A stretch of DNA of 64,000 nt from a virus. Its lineage: Duplodnaviria; Caudoviricetes. The notes below the pieces were generated by a model that worked only from the letters and a program-made list of their open reading frames with translations, made no database searches and was not told the DNA's origin. The stretch is from positions 32,001-96,000 of the IMG/VR virus record IMGVR_UViG_3300021255_000050; one strand, given 5' to 3'. A program made the translations under genes and the position numbers. Positions 30,205 to 39,734 of this stretch are shown one piece after another. Numbering within the stretch: position 1 is the first letter of the stretch; each line of letters begins with the position of its first letter.

Positions 30205-30395
30205 TCTCCAATAGGCTGCCAGACTCTGTTGATATCGAGCATCCAGATATTTGCGAGGTCAGCTGTATAAGCAATGCTGCCGGGAGCAAGCTTCATTTCG
30301 GCAGCATCGGGCAGATCATTTTCGCCGTCAACAAGGAGCTCAAGCAGATCAGCCAGCGCACTTTCGCCGTTTCGTTTTACCGCGGTATAGCTCAT
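30201..30395 (-). CDS. Small tail-associated protein
   Basis: DLP....APGSIAY....W typical of small phage tail proteins. Confidence 0.6.
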   Translation of the reverse strand: MSYTAVKRNGESALADLLELLVDGENDLPDAAEMKLAPGSIAYTADLANIWMLDINRVWQPIGE

Positions 30396-30399
30396 AACA

Positions 30400-30729
30400 T
30401 CACTCCTTCAGTACCTGGCACAGTTCGCCGTTGCTGTTAACGACGAAGCCAAGTGCTTCAAGAGCGTCTGCAAGCAGGCCATCAGCGTTCTCACGGATAG
30501 CTGCTTCGGAGTTGACAGAAGCATGAATGTTTTCGGCGACCGTGTCGTAGCCTGTGTCGAGGACGACCTTGCCAACTACTTCATCGAGGTCTTCCTGGAT
30601 TGCTGGGACGGTCGTATTAGCCAACTGCTCAATAGCTGTGGTATTGGCGGCAATCTGGTTTTCCTGCTGGTTGTGGTCGGCAGAATAGATGATGTCGCCT
30701 GGGTTGCGAATTTGTGTGTTGTAGGCCAT
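30400..30729 (-). CDS. Small fibre-segment protein
   Basis: GD.I.SA.HN..E..I N-motif, LGFVVNSNGELC C-motif. Confidence 0.65.
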   Translation of the reverse strand: MAYNTQIRNPGDIIYSADHNQQENQIAANTTAIEQLANTTVPAIQEDLDEVVGKVVLDTGYDTVAENIHASVNSEAAIRENADGLLADALEALGFVVNSNGELCQVLKE

Positions 30730-30787
30730 AGAAACACTCCTTTCTATGAGTATATAAACAACTGCAGCGCGTCGAACTACAGTACGT

Positions 30788-32317
30788 TTAGTTAGTGTTT
30801 GGGTAATTTGGATTGGCGATTATAGTCTTGATTAAATCGACAATCTCCATATCGTGTGTATACAAATTCCACTTGCCATCTATGTAAACTACACCTTGTG
30901 CAGAAACGTAGCCATGACTGCTACTATCATAGATTGCCTTATTTTTGCTCTCGTTCGTAGGATAAGCTCCGATGCCAAGTGCAGACGTGTGATTGGTAGG
31001 GTCATATTCCATACGCATAAAAACATTTGCTGATGTAACTTTGTATGTTGTTGAAGTTGATGTTACCCGGTCCCAAGCTGTGAGCTGAATGATGTACGCA
31101 GAGCTATTATCAACTACAACATCCTGTGGATCGTTAAAGTCTCCATACTGTAACATATAATAGTTAGCAGCACTAATAGCACCTGTATGATTCTCGTCAC
31201 ATCCATATACTGTTGGTGACCATTCAGCGATATCTTCTCTTCTATAATGCACCATGCATAGGACAGCATTTAGTTCGTTTCCATTGGCATCTTTAATAGA
31301 TGAAGCTTGTGTCAGCGTTACGTTAAAGCCGATTCTGTTTCCAGAAGCTACGGCAATATTGGGAGCACCTTCAGCACATCTGTATGCCATGAAATAAGCC
31401 TGCGGTTTTGTATAGGCAATGAACGTATGTTGGTCTTCTGCTGCCATGCCATACTGAACTGCAACATTTCTTGAATCGTACACAGTTATAACAAGACTCT
31501 TTACACCAGCTGTCAGGAATGTTATTTCCTCATCGACTGTGCTGGATGTACCAGTAAGATAAGTATCGGGGCCACTAATTACCCACGACACTATATCTGC
31601 ATACTCGGATGAAAGAGTAGCTCGTACATGGATACATGTATGATTTGTCAGGTAATAATCAACGCCGCTATCTGTGAACACGTTCTCTATAGAATACCAT
31701 TTATTGTAACCACTGATAGGGCTGACAGTTGCGCCTGTATCGGTGCTATAACAATTAAGAGTAAAGCTTGCTGTGGCACTGCATTCCTTTGTACTGTTTT
31801 TATATGCATCACACGTAACAGTAACGACAACAGAGTTGGCAGTTTTATTCGCTTTGGCAACGCTCTTAAGCCATGCTGGATTATCAATCTGAAAGGTATA
31901 AGACTCGCCGGTCAGGCCGCTTAGATTCTGTGCATATGGTTCAACGCCTTGTGCAGACCATGTCACGACATATGTATATGAACTCAGGCTTCCTGTCAGT
32001 GTTATAGCGCCACCTTGATTTGCATATACATCAGCAGCAGTCATAGAGATTGAGCCACCATATTCAACTTCAATACTTACATAGCCACCGCCGGAAGTTT
32101 GACCGCCGGCAAACATCGTAATTGAATTAACAGCTCCAATATTCGTCGACAAACCACGAGATACAAGAATCTCACCATTGGTTTTATACATGTGCTGAGA
32201 TTTTGCACCCTCGTTATGATATGTAACGGTTACGCTCGATACATTTGGGAAGTCCCATTTGGCAGTCTGCCATCCTAAACCTACCCAGTGTTTATCCCAT
32301 ACAGTTGATCTTGCCAT
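30788..32317 (-). CDS. Minor tail/baseplate protein
   Basis: 509 aa, beta-rich, directly after Tal. Confidence 0.65.
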   Translation of the reverse strand: MARSTVWDKHWVGLGWQTAKWDFPNVSSVTVTYHNEGAKSQHMYKTNGEILVSRGLSTNIGAVNSITMFAGGQTSGGGYVSIEVEYGGSISMTAADVYANQGGAITLTGSLSSYTYVVTWSAQGVEPYAQNLSGLTGESYTFQIDNPAWLKSVAKANKTANSVVVTVTCDAYKNSTKECSATASFTLNCYSTDTGATVSPISGYNKWYSIENVFTDSGVDYYLTNHTCIHVRATLSSEYADIVSWVISGPDTYLTGTSSTVDEEITFLTAGVKSLVITVYDSRNVAVQYGMAAEDQHTFIAYTKPQAYFMAYRCAEGAPNIAVASGNRIGFNVTLTQASSIKDANGNELNAVLCMVHYRREDIAEWSPTVYGCDENHTGAISAANYYMLQYGDFNDPQDVVVDNSSAYIIQLTAWDRVTSTSTTYKVTSANVFMRMEYDPTNHTSALGIGAYPTNESKNKAIYDSSSHGYVSAQGVVYIDGKWNLYTHDMEIVDLIKTIIANPNYPNTN

Positions 32318-32330
32318 AACTCCACCTCAC

Positions 32331-35300
32331 TTACTGGCTCCACCCAAAATTAATACCTCCGTCTGAGCAGAGGAATACAGTGAGCGGAGTTGAAGTGCCA
32401 AGATTGAAACTGTTAGTGAAACTGGCTTTGGATACCATCATACCGCTCTCGCCGATATATGCGACTTCTGTTGCGTTATTCAAAAAAGATAGCTTTGAAT
32501 TTGAAAGCTGCATAGTTGTCTTTGAATCTGACTTGCCAATACTAAGACCGTCTTGGTTCTGAACGAACCATGTCAGGCGCTCGTCTAAGCCTTGGGTTCG
32601 GAACTCTGTGTACAATCTATCAGCTTCAAGCTTTGATATGGACTTGGCTATTTCTGTCATACCATTCTTATATGTATCGCTTCTGGTCACTGTCTGAATA
32701 ATTGCATCGTCTTCAATTTTGATTTCGGCTTTGCTGACTCGCTTCAAAAGATTGGCTATAGTATCACCTGTCATGCCGTCATCCAAAGGGCTGCTGGAGT
32801 AATCTGTGGAATACATACCGTATTCAAGTTTGCAGTTCGCTACAAATAAAACAGGTGGTGGGACTATAGGATCAGACATGTTGATAAAACCGTGTATGAA
32901 TATTTGAACTGTATCACTTACAGCCTCAAAAGGAATATCAATACGCACATACTTTTCAAGAGAATCACCTTGCGTAATTTCAGTTATGCTTTTATTAATA
33001 TATTCACCATCCGCTACCTGAATATTGACAAGTATGCTGGATAATCCTAAACCTGATACATACATGCTTAATGAGTAGTATGCGCCGGGTTCAACAGCAA
33101 TAGGTGTATGCACAGCATTAATACATGGGTCCTGAAGTATGACTCCTGTTTCCGTTGCTGTATATGCAATGACGAGAGTATTCACGCTTTTATCAACATA
33201 ATCACTAAGATTGATGAGATCTTTTTTAACTCCGGATTCTTGTAATTCTCCAGTGTCCCAGCTTATATCGTTGTTTATTTTTTCCCCAATAACAAAACCA
33301 AAAAGTTTAGATTGATCAAAAATATAACCCTGCTTGCTCCAGCCGGATGTGTCATCAATTACGCCGCTACCGTTTTCGTCAACAATACATTTAACGTTAT
33401 CGCTGGTTGCTTCATAATGCGGCACTGGACCATCGACATAATATGTGAAGCCGCCGTTGATCAGGAGGTTCTCACCATTCTTCGTATTGCTGTCAGCGCT
33501 TGCACACCATGCAGAAGCAATAAGACTGTGCTCAACCATGAAGTTAGAAATTGTTACAGCTTTTTCGCTCGTGAATATACAGACAGGTTCCTCAGGGATA
33601 CCTTCGAAACTTGTATGGTATACAACGCGGTACAAATAACCGGCTTCCATGCGCAGCTCAAAGGGCTGGCCGGGAAGCGACTGCATTGATGCTTTGTTGC
33701 ACATAGCTACGAACAAACTGCCGGCTTCCTCTGACTTTGCGAGAAAAGATACAACGTAGTCGCCTTCATATGTAGCATGACTTATTGTTGTGAAGCCAAG
33801 CGTTGTATCGGCAGGGACTGTAAAACCGTGAAATCTGTTCTTGCTGATAAGGTTCGTGCCGTCAAACATTTCTGAATACAGGTTTTCGTGGTTCGAATAT
33901 ATAGTTTCAGATGTGACGGACTGCGAGATGAACCTTGGGTTCACTTCTAGAACAGCACGGGAAAGTCCGACCGTATCTGTCTCTGTATCGTCAGGATTAA
34001 ATGTGAAGAGGGTAGGTATCTTGCCAAGCTCAACCTTCGGCGAACTGTAATCGACTCGATCATTGCGACCATCAATAATTGTGATGCGAGCAATAACCAT
34101 TTCGACTGTGCTTGCAAGAGTTGCTGTAGCGCTTGACCATCCACCTTCTCTATTTCCAACATCGATAACATTACCTTGGACAGTTGTCTGTTTACCGTCA
34201 TCAATAATAATAAGGTCGGCCCGTGCTTGGCTGCTTGTCGTTTTAAGGTTCACCCTGAATACGATCTTATCGGTTGATCTTTCTTTTGGGACCTCAATAT
34301 AGTTCAGGTCAATCGTCTGGTTCGTGCTGTACCATCCATTCGCAGCAGCTCTCATCAGGTTAACACCGTTCGAAAACCCTTTGTCGAATATCTGTTCGTC
34401 AGCGACCAACCGCACACTCTTATTCGAGTACACGTTCAGCTCGGAACCAACAGGGGCTGCGAGCATCTCTGTGGTAATGAGACCAGCCTGAATAAGCGAG
34501 GCTCGCAAAGTCCCGCTTGTAATAAGGTCAGCCGATATACCTTCGCCTGTAGTACATGTGCGCCAGTTCCAGTCGCCGTCTTCGTTCCTGCTTGTAGCCA
34601 CGCCGATGCCGGCTGAAGAAATGATGATGGCTGAAGAACCATCGACAGCTTCAAGTACGAAGTTGCCGTTGTCGTCCTGCGTCAGAGTAGATGCCACACC
34701 AGTGAGCTTCACCTTATCAAGAGAGATTTGGCCTTCAAGATTATCCGCGAGGTATTCGCCATAGTTATTGAGATAGGCAGCCCTTTTATACAGTGCGTCT
34801 TTACCGCTCATTGTATTCGACACTTCTGCTATATGTTGCATAACGTCAGCGAATGTATGAGAAGTAATCGTTGAGAGATTCGTGTTTACTTGCAGCTGCG
34901 TCTTCCATGGTTGGTCCACGCACCACGCAAGCTTATCAACGAAAGCCCACTTGCTGATACCAATGTCATCGTCAATGATATGGATAGCCGATGCTGCAGT
35001 AATAACAGGGTTGATCACGTCGTTCCAGTTTGGAACAGCATCCGTGTTAATGAAGCTTATATCATATTTCTCTTCGGGCCACGCGATCTCGCGCAGCGTT
35101 TCGAGACCATCATCGTAAAGCTTCTGCTCGTCGCCGTCTACATAGTCGTTCTTTTGCATCCAGCCTTCACGATACATGTAGCCGGTCGCATCCACAAACT
35201 TCTGCAACTTATCATCGACAACAGCCTGTGCTTCTTTAACAGCATTGTAGTCGTCGATATAAACAGTGTCTGCCGTTTCAGCGAAGGTGGTAAGAAGCGG

Positions 35301-38300
35301 AATCAAACCCTTCTTAATATTCTTTTCGATGCCATCTGTTATGTATGGTTCGGCAAGTACTTCATATAACTCGTCTTCAAGAGCGAATATACGATCCGGT
35401 CCAGACAGGTGAACGTCCAAAGGTGAGTTCGTCAGTCTGCATACAGTACAATGTGTTGCGCCATACGGAACATTGAAGTAGCTGTACATTGATGTTGGAT
35501 AGTTCGGATTATAACTACCCACGAGATTCTCGTCAGCGTCATAGAAGCTGATGTTATACGTTCCATGATTGATGCAGTACATATGACCAAAAGAAACCGG
35601 TATGCCATTTGTGCAATAGTGGCCTTCCCACTCTATTGTTTCGAGATCATAAGCAAGATTCACATGCTGCGAACGAACTGCATAGCTCGGCGCCCACGAT
35701 GGCTGCGGAAGCTGCTCTTCGTATGAAGCCTTAATCTTCTGGTTAATGAAGCCATCAATCGTAACAGAAAGATTACTCAGGTCAGACATCATGCTGTTCA
35801 TAATGACGAGCCTGACATACATAGTCTTCTTATTCGGCTTCTCGCAGCGCGTATCAAAGATTCCACTGCTGAAGATATGGGTTTCGATATAGTTGTTGAA
35901 CTGATCGTAAAGCGCAACATAGCCTGTGCTTGCGTTGACGATGTATGCTGCATCGTTGTAAACAGGAATGAAGCCGCTCGTGCTGTAGAGTGTAGTAGGT
36001 TCTTCACGCCCATCATTCAGCCATGTATCCTGCGTAACAGGTTTACCAATGGCTGCGTTAACAGGCATGTATGTAACGGAGTCGAAACCAACCTTGTGCG
36101 TGGTGTATGGATTGTCGAGGTTATCATGAGAAGTAAGCAGAGTCTTCGTATCAAATGTCAGCACAGTTCCGTTATTGATTTCCTTCTCAGTTTCAAAGAG
36201 GAAGTAATCATCATCGGGAGAGAGCCATGCATAGTTGCCTTTGATCATTGCAGGAGTTTCGTAATTGAAACTCATGTTAACTTTGTACTGGTACTTCTCA
36301 TATATGCCAAACATCTTTGCGTTATATTCGAGGCAGTTCTTGATGACAACTGCGAAACTGTTGACCATAGAAGAGATCGAACTATTGCTATCGATGTCAT
36401 TGATCTCGACCCAGTATCCATAAAGAGGAATGCCTTCTTCGGTTGTATGCTCTTCTGGATAGCTAAAGTAAAGCTTTTTTGTAGCCCAGTTGTAGAACCA
36501 TGTACCCGGCCTGTTCTCAGGCATAATGCGGCCCCACATAACAGGATACCATTCTCCGTTATATAAGGAAGCAAGCGAAAACTTCAGCGACCGCATCTCC
36601 TTACCGTCTGTATATCTGTAGCGCCACGCCCATGCATATGCATCTGTGCCGGATGCTTTATCAGGATCTGGCTTTGATTCATTCAGAATGTGTACAGGAT
36701 GTGTTGTTCTGACATACTTGGTCTCGGACTCCATAGTCTGGACAATACCCTTGAGCGCGATTTCGATTGCGCCAAGGTAACCATTCGTGCTGAGTCTTGA
36801 GAAGACGTATACACGGGAGCCATTAAAGTAGTTAAGATCATGTACTTCATCTGTGCAGCTGACAATAATCTGTCCAGACTTTCTGTCGCCTTCCATGATG
36901 TAATAACATTCATGCGTCATAAGCTCGGCAGAAACCGGGCGAATGATGTATACACAGGAAGCTTCGGCATTCAGCGGGCTGCCATCCTTCTTGAAACCAT
37001 CTGTAACCGGGCGCCAAGTGAACCAGTCCTTCTCCTTCTTCATGTACTCCGAAGTGTAGTCAAGACCGGTAAAGTCAATCGTGAGATAGTTTTTCGGGAT
37101 ATCAAAGTACACCTTTCTGGTGAATGAGAAAGTCGGCCCATTCTTACCTTTGTCATCCGGCCCTGCGAGCTTCACAAAGTCATTCGCACCAATTGTTTCA
37201 TACAGTATGACGTTGTCCTCTGCCATCTTTGTAGTGCGATCGTCAACGAGCTTGAGAGCATCGGGAGATTCTCGCTGGTACTTGGCAAGCTGCTGAAGAT
37301 GTTCATCTTTGAATAGACCAATCTCGTCGTAGTAGGAGAAGTCCATAAGGCATGGGAAATAGTTCTGTTTCTCTATTCTCGCGACCGGCGTTGAGATATC
37401 TGTAGCCACCATAGACTGTTGCTTTTCATAAACCTTGATAGCAGTATTCTTGCTCTCAACCCATATATACATCATGGATGCAGGATCGAGTTCGGACCAT
37501 AGCAACCTCGTACCGCTGCTGATATCAAATGGAGCTGTAAAATATCTTCTTCGTTTGATGTACATGTTATCCATTGTCTCGAACGTGTACTCTGACCCCT
37601 CGACCAAATCAATGCCAATATCAAAAGCCCACTCGTTATGAGAGACTTCGTCAATATTACAGTAGCCATTAACGTAGTCACCGTATGCACCGTAAGCATA
37701 CAGGCGCGTGGTAAGGTTTTCTGTATTCAGCGTCTTGGTTATGGTCTTCACGTTCTTGCCATAGTGCAGCTCATAGATCGTATCGGCTTTGCTTGCGATC
37801 GTTTTGACGTTATCTTCCTTTGAGAATGGATTCATTAGATGCATGCTGACAGTTCGGTCCTTGCCATGATAAATTGCACGGGCTTCGAACAGATCACACA
37901 GCTTACTGATAAGGTTGAATGCGCCAGTGCGTTCGGAAGCGACAAGTGTTCGGCGCTTTATGTTCTTGTCTACAGACTCAGGATCATTGTAGTCAATGTA
38001 GCGATGCTTCTCGAAGAATGTATCGACATCAAGCTCGCCATCAATCGTTCGAATGGACCAGTTGGTTCCTTCAAGAATCGTCTTGAGGATTTCTTCAGCC
38101 TTGCCGACATTGTTGCCTTCTGTATCGGAGAAAACGAGACCAAGGTTCTTCGTCTTCAGTAGAGCAGACACATGGTCGCAAGTCACAGTGCGGGTAGCTG
38201 ACATGTTCTGGTGAACAATCTTCGGCTCAGAGATAATAAAAAAATCAGTGTCGTCGCCATCGAGGCGGCAATCACTGTCGTAAACTCGTATGAGGTAATC

Positions 38301-38507
38301 AGCCTTCAGGTATTCACAGCGGAAGTTCTCAACGTTCTGGCCACTGTCATCTATCATTGTGTCTGGCAAAGTGAAGCTTAGAGTCTTTGCACCATTTCGC
38401 TGGAATGTGATGACAACATCTGCAGCACCGCCGGAAAGCTCGTTCTCGCTGGAGTAAAGCGGGCAGACGAGGGTATTCGAATAATCGAATATGTCGATTG
38501 AAACCAT
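32331..38507 (-). CDS. Tal/tail tip and host-specificity protein (2058 aa)
   Basis: Prophage-tail N-terminus (TRLYAYG), GISADLITSGTL, repeated G.NL carbohydrate-binding-like modules; follows Dit. Confidence 0.8.
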   Translation of the reverse strand: MVSIDIFDYSNTLVCPLYSSENELSGGAADVVITFQRNGAKTLSFTLPDTMIDDSGQNVENFRCEYLKADYLIRVYDSDCRLDGDDTDFFIISEPKIVHQNMSATRTVTCDHVSALLKTKNLGLVFSDTEGNNVGKAEEILKTILEGTNWSIRTIDGELDVDTFFEKHRYIDYNDPESVDKNIKRRTLVASERTGAFNLISKLCDLFEARAIYHGKDRTVSMHLMNPFSKEDNVKTIASKADTIYELHYGKNVKTITKTLNTENLTTRLYAYGAYGDYVNGYCNIDEVSHNEWAFDIGIDLVEGSEYTFETMDNMYIKRRRYFTAPFDISSGTRLLWSELDPASMMYIWVESKNTAIKVYEKQQSMVATDISTPVARIEKQNYFPCLMDFSYYDEIGLFKDEHLQQLAKYQRESPDALKLVDDRTTKMAEDNVILYETIGANDFVKLAGPDDKGKNGPTFSFTRKVYFDIPKNYLTIDFTGLDYTSEYMKKEKDWFTWRPVTDGFKKDGSPLNAEASCVYIIRPVSAELMTHECYYIMEGDRKSGQIIVSCTDEVHDLNYFNGSRVYVFSRLSTNGYLGAIEIALKGIVQTMESETKYVRTTHPVHILNESKPDPDKASGTDAYAWAWRYRYTDGKEMRSLKFSLASLYNGEWYPVMWGRIMPENRPGTWFYNWATKKLYFSYPEEHTTEEGIPLYGYWVEINDIDSNSSISSMVNSFAVVIKNCLEYNAKMFGIYEKYQYKVNMSFNYETPAMIKGNYAWLSPDDDYFLFETEKEINNGTVLTFDTKTLLTSHDNLDNPYTTHKVGFDSVTYMPVNAAIGKPVTQDTWLNDGREEPTTLYSTSGFIPVYNDAAYIVNASTGYVALYDQFNNYIETHIFSSGIFDTRCEKPNKKTMYVRLVIMNSMMSDLSNLSVTIDGFINQKIKASYEEQLPQPSWAPSYAVRSQHVNLAYDLETIEWEGHYCTNGIPVSFGHMYCINHGTYNISFYDADENLVGSYNPNYPTSMYSYFNVPYGATHCTVCRLTNSPLDVHLSGPDRIFALEDELYEVLAEPYITDGIEKNIKKGLIPLLTTFAETADTVYIDDYNAVKEAQAVVDDKLQKFVDATGYMYREGWMQKNDYVDGDEQKLYDDGLETLREIAWPEEKYDISFINTDAVPNWNDVINPVITAASAIHIIDDDIGISKWAFVDKLAWCVDQPWKTQLQVNTNLSTITSHTFADVMQHIAEVSNTMSGKDALYKRAAYLNNYGEYLADNLEGQISLDKVKLTGVASTLTQDDNGNFVLEAVDGSSAIIISSAGIGVATSRNEDGDWNWRTCTTGEGISADLITSGTLRASLIQAGLITTEMLAAPVGSELNVYSNKSVRLVADEQIFDKGFSNGVNLMRAAANGWYSTNQTIDLNYIEVPKERSTDKIVFRVNLKTTSSQARADLIIIDDGKQTTVQGNVIDVGNREGGWSSATATLASTVEMVIARITIIDGRNDRVDYSSPKVELGKIPTLFTFNPDDTETDTVGLSRAVLEVNPRFISQSVTSETIYSNHENLYSEMFDGTNLISKNRFHGFTVPADTTLGFTTISHATYEGDYVVSFLAKSEEAGSLFVAMCNKASMQSLPGQPFELRMEAGYLYRVVYHTSFEGIPEEPVCIFTSEKAVTISNFMVEHSLIASAWCASADSNTKNGENLLINGGFTYYVDGPVPHYEATSDNVKCIVDENGSGVIDDTSGWSKQGYIFDQSKLFGFVIGEKINNDISWDTGELQESGVKKDLINLSDYVDKSVNTLVIAYTATETGVILQDPCINAVHTPIAVEPGAYYSLSMYVSGLGLSSILVNIQVADGEYINKSITEITQGDSLEKYVRIDIPFEAVSDTVQIFIHGFINMSDPIVPPPVLFVANCKLEYGMYSTDYSSSPLDDGMTGDTIANLLKRVSKAEIKIEDDAIIQTVTRSDTYKNGMTEIAKSISKLEADRLYTEFRTQGLDERLTWFVQNQDGLSIGKSDSKTTMQLSNSKLSFLNNATEVAYIGESGMMVSKASFTNSFNLGTSTPLTVFLCSDGGINFGWSQ

Positions 38508-38522
38508 GCTGCCATCACCTCC

Positions 38523-39668
38523 TTAATTGAATGTGGGTTTGTATTCGAACTGAACAGAACCATTGATCATCCTTACATCGGGATCAATGTTGATTATGTT
38601 AGCACCTGAATAAATAACACCAGTGCCGCCTGTGGCGAAGCTCGTGCCGGACGTCTGGAAGGTTAGCTCGATTGTGTTAACATCATACTTGAAACCTTGA
38701 ATAAGATATCTGCTGGTAGGATTAAGAGCAAAATACTTATGATAGAGATCAACACCAGCCAGCCGTTTCTCAGGATCATTAACGTATATCTTATGCGGGT
38801 TGTTAATATCCCTCAGGTATTCACAGGTGAAAGCAAAATCAGCAGGCGCAAGCTGTATAAATCCATAGTCATGGTAAACATAGTTAGCGGTCTTCGTGCC
38901 AGATCCGTCATCAAAATAGCAGTTGCCATTCTTGCTGTTGCAAACATACCATTGCGTTAGGCCGGGGCTTGCGGAAAGACGAAGGCGTTGGCCAGTTGTC
39001 TGATTGGTGATCGTGAGCGCTCCGTTGATTTCGCTGTTGTGTTCAGCTTTGACTTTCACAGCAACGTCTGCCGTAACCGTGCCTGGGTTAAACAAAAAGA
39101 ACGATTGGCCGTTGTTATGCTGCAGATTCAAACCGGTGTACTTAACAGGGAAGAACGAGATAGTGTTATGCATCATGCTGGAATTATTCTTCATGTCGTT
39201 ATAAAACTTATCTGAAGTATTCGGCAAATCCAACTGGCTGCACAAACCATACGGATAATACGCTCTTGCTGTGATAATAACGAAGCCGCCCTTCGTCCCT
39301 CGAATCTGCGAAGCGTCCACATTGACGATCGTCGCATCATAATATATCCAAGGCCGGTTCGAGAAAGTGAGCTGGCCTGTAGTTCCGACTTCAAACACAC
39401 GATACAGCTGCGTGAAGAAACCATTCATCACATCGAACTCTTCTGTATCCTCGCACTTCTGTGCATAAAAACAGCGCAGCACGAAGTCCTTCCACTTGCA
39501 CGAGGCACCAAAGAAGTAGCCGCCATGGTGACCTTCGAACTGCTGCTCATGAATGTTACGGGTTGTAGGAGACCATACGTACATGTCTTTATTATCGGGC
39601 GCGTATGTGAGGCCCAGAGACTCGCACGAGACTCCATTGAAGGTGAAACTTGTGATCATATGGACCAC
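38523..39668 (-). CDS. Distal tail protein (Dit)
   Basis: SFTFNGVS...LG N-terminus, AYYPY, FNPGT; directly after the tape measure gene. Confidence 0.75.
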   Translation of the reverse strand: MVHMITSFTFNGVSCESLGLTYAPDNKDMYVWSPTTRNIHEQQFEGHHGGYFFGASCKWKDFVLRCFYAQKCEDTEEFDVMNGFFTQLYRVFEVGTTGQLTFSNRPWIYYDATIVNVDASQIRGTKGGFVIITARAYYPYGLCSQLDLPNTSDKFYNDMKNNSSMMHNTISFFPVKYTGLNLQHNNGQSFFLFNPGTVTADVAVKVKAEHNSEINGALTITNQTTGQRLRLSASPGLTQWYVCNSKNGNCYFDDGSGTKTANYVYHDYGFIQLAPADFAFTCEYLRDINNPHKIYVNDPEKRLAGVDLYHKYFALNPTSRYLIQGFKYDVNTIELTFQTSGTSFATGGTGVIYSGANIINIDPDVRMINGSVQFEYKPTFN

Positions 39669-39696
39669 TCTCCTTTATCATTATAACACAAATATA

Positions 39697-39730
39697 AAGT
39701 ATAGAGGAGGCGTGAACCTCCTCTATACTT
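39697..39730. terminator. Hairpin after tape measure gene
   Basis: AAGTATAGAGGAGG-CGTGAA-CCTCCTCTATACTT perfect 14-bp stem. Confidence 0.7.
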
Positions 39731-39734
39731 GCAA

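Noticed and set aside
29649-38507. Second DGR variable repeat in other tail genes
   Set aside because: No further TR-like sequence was seen by eye; a computational scan of the whole genome is still needed
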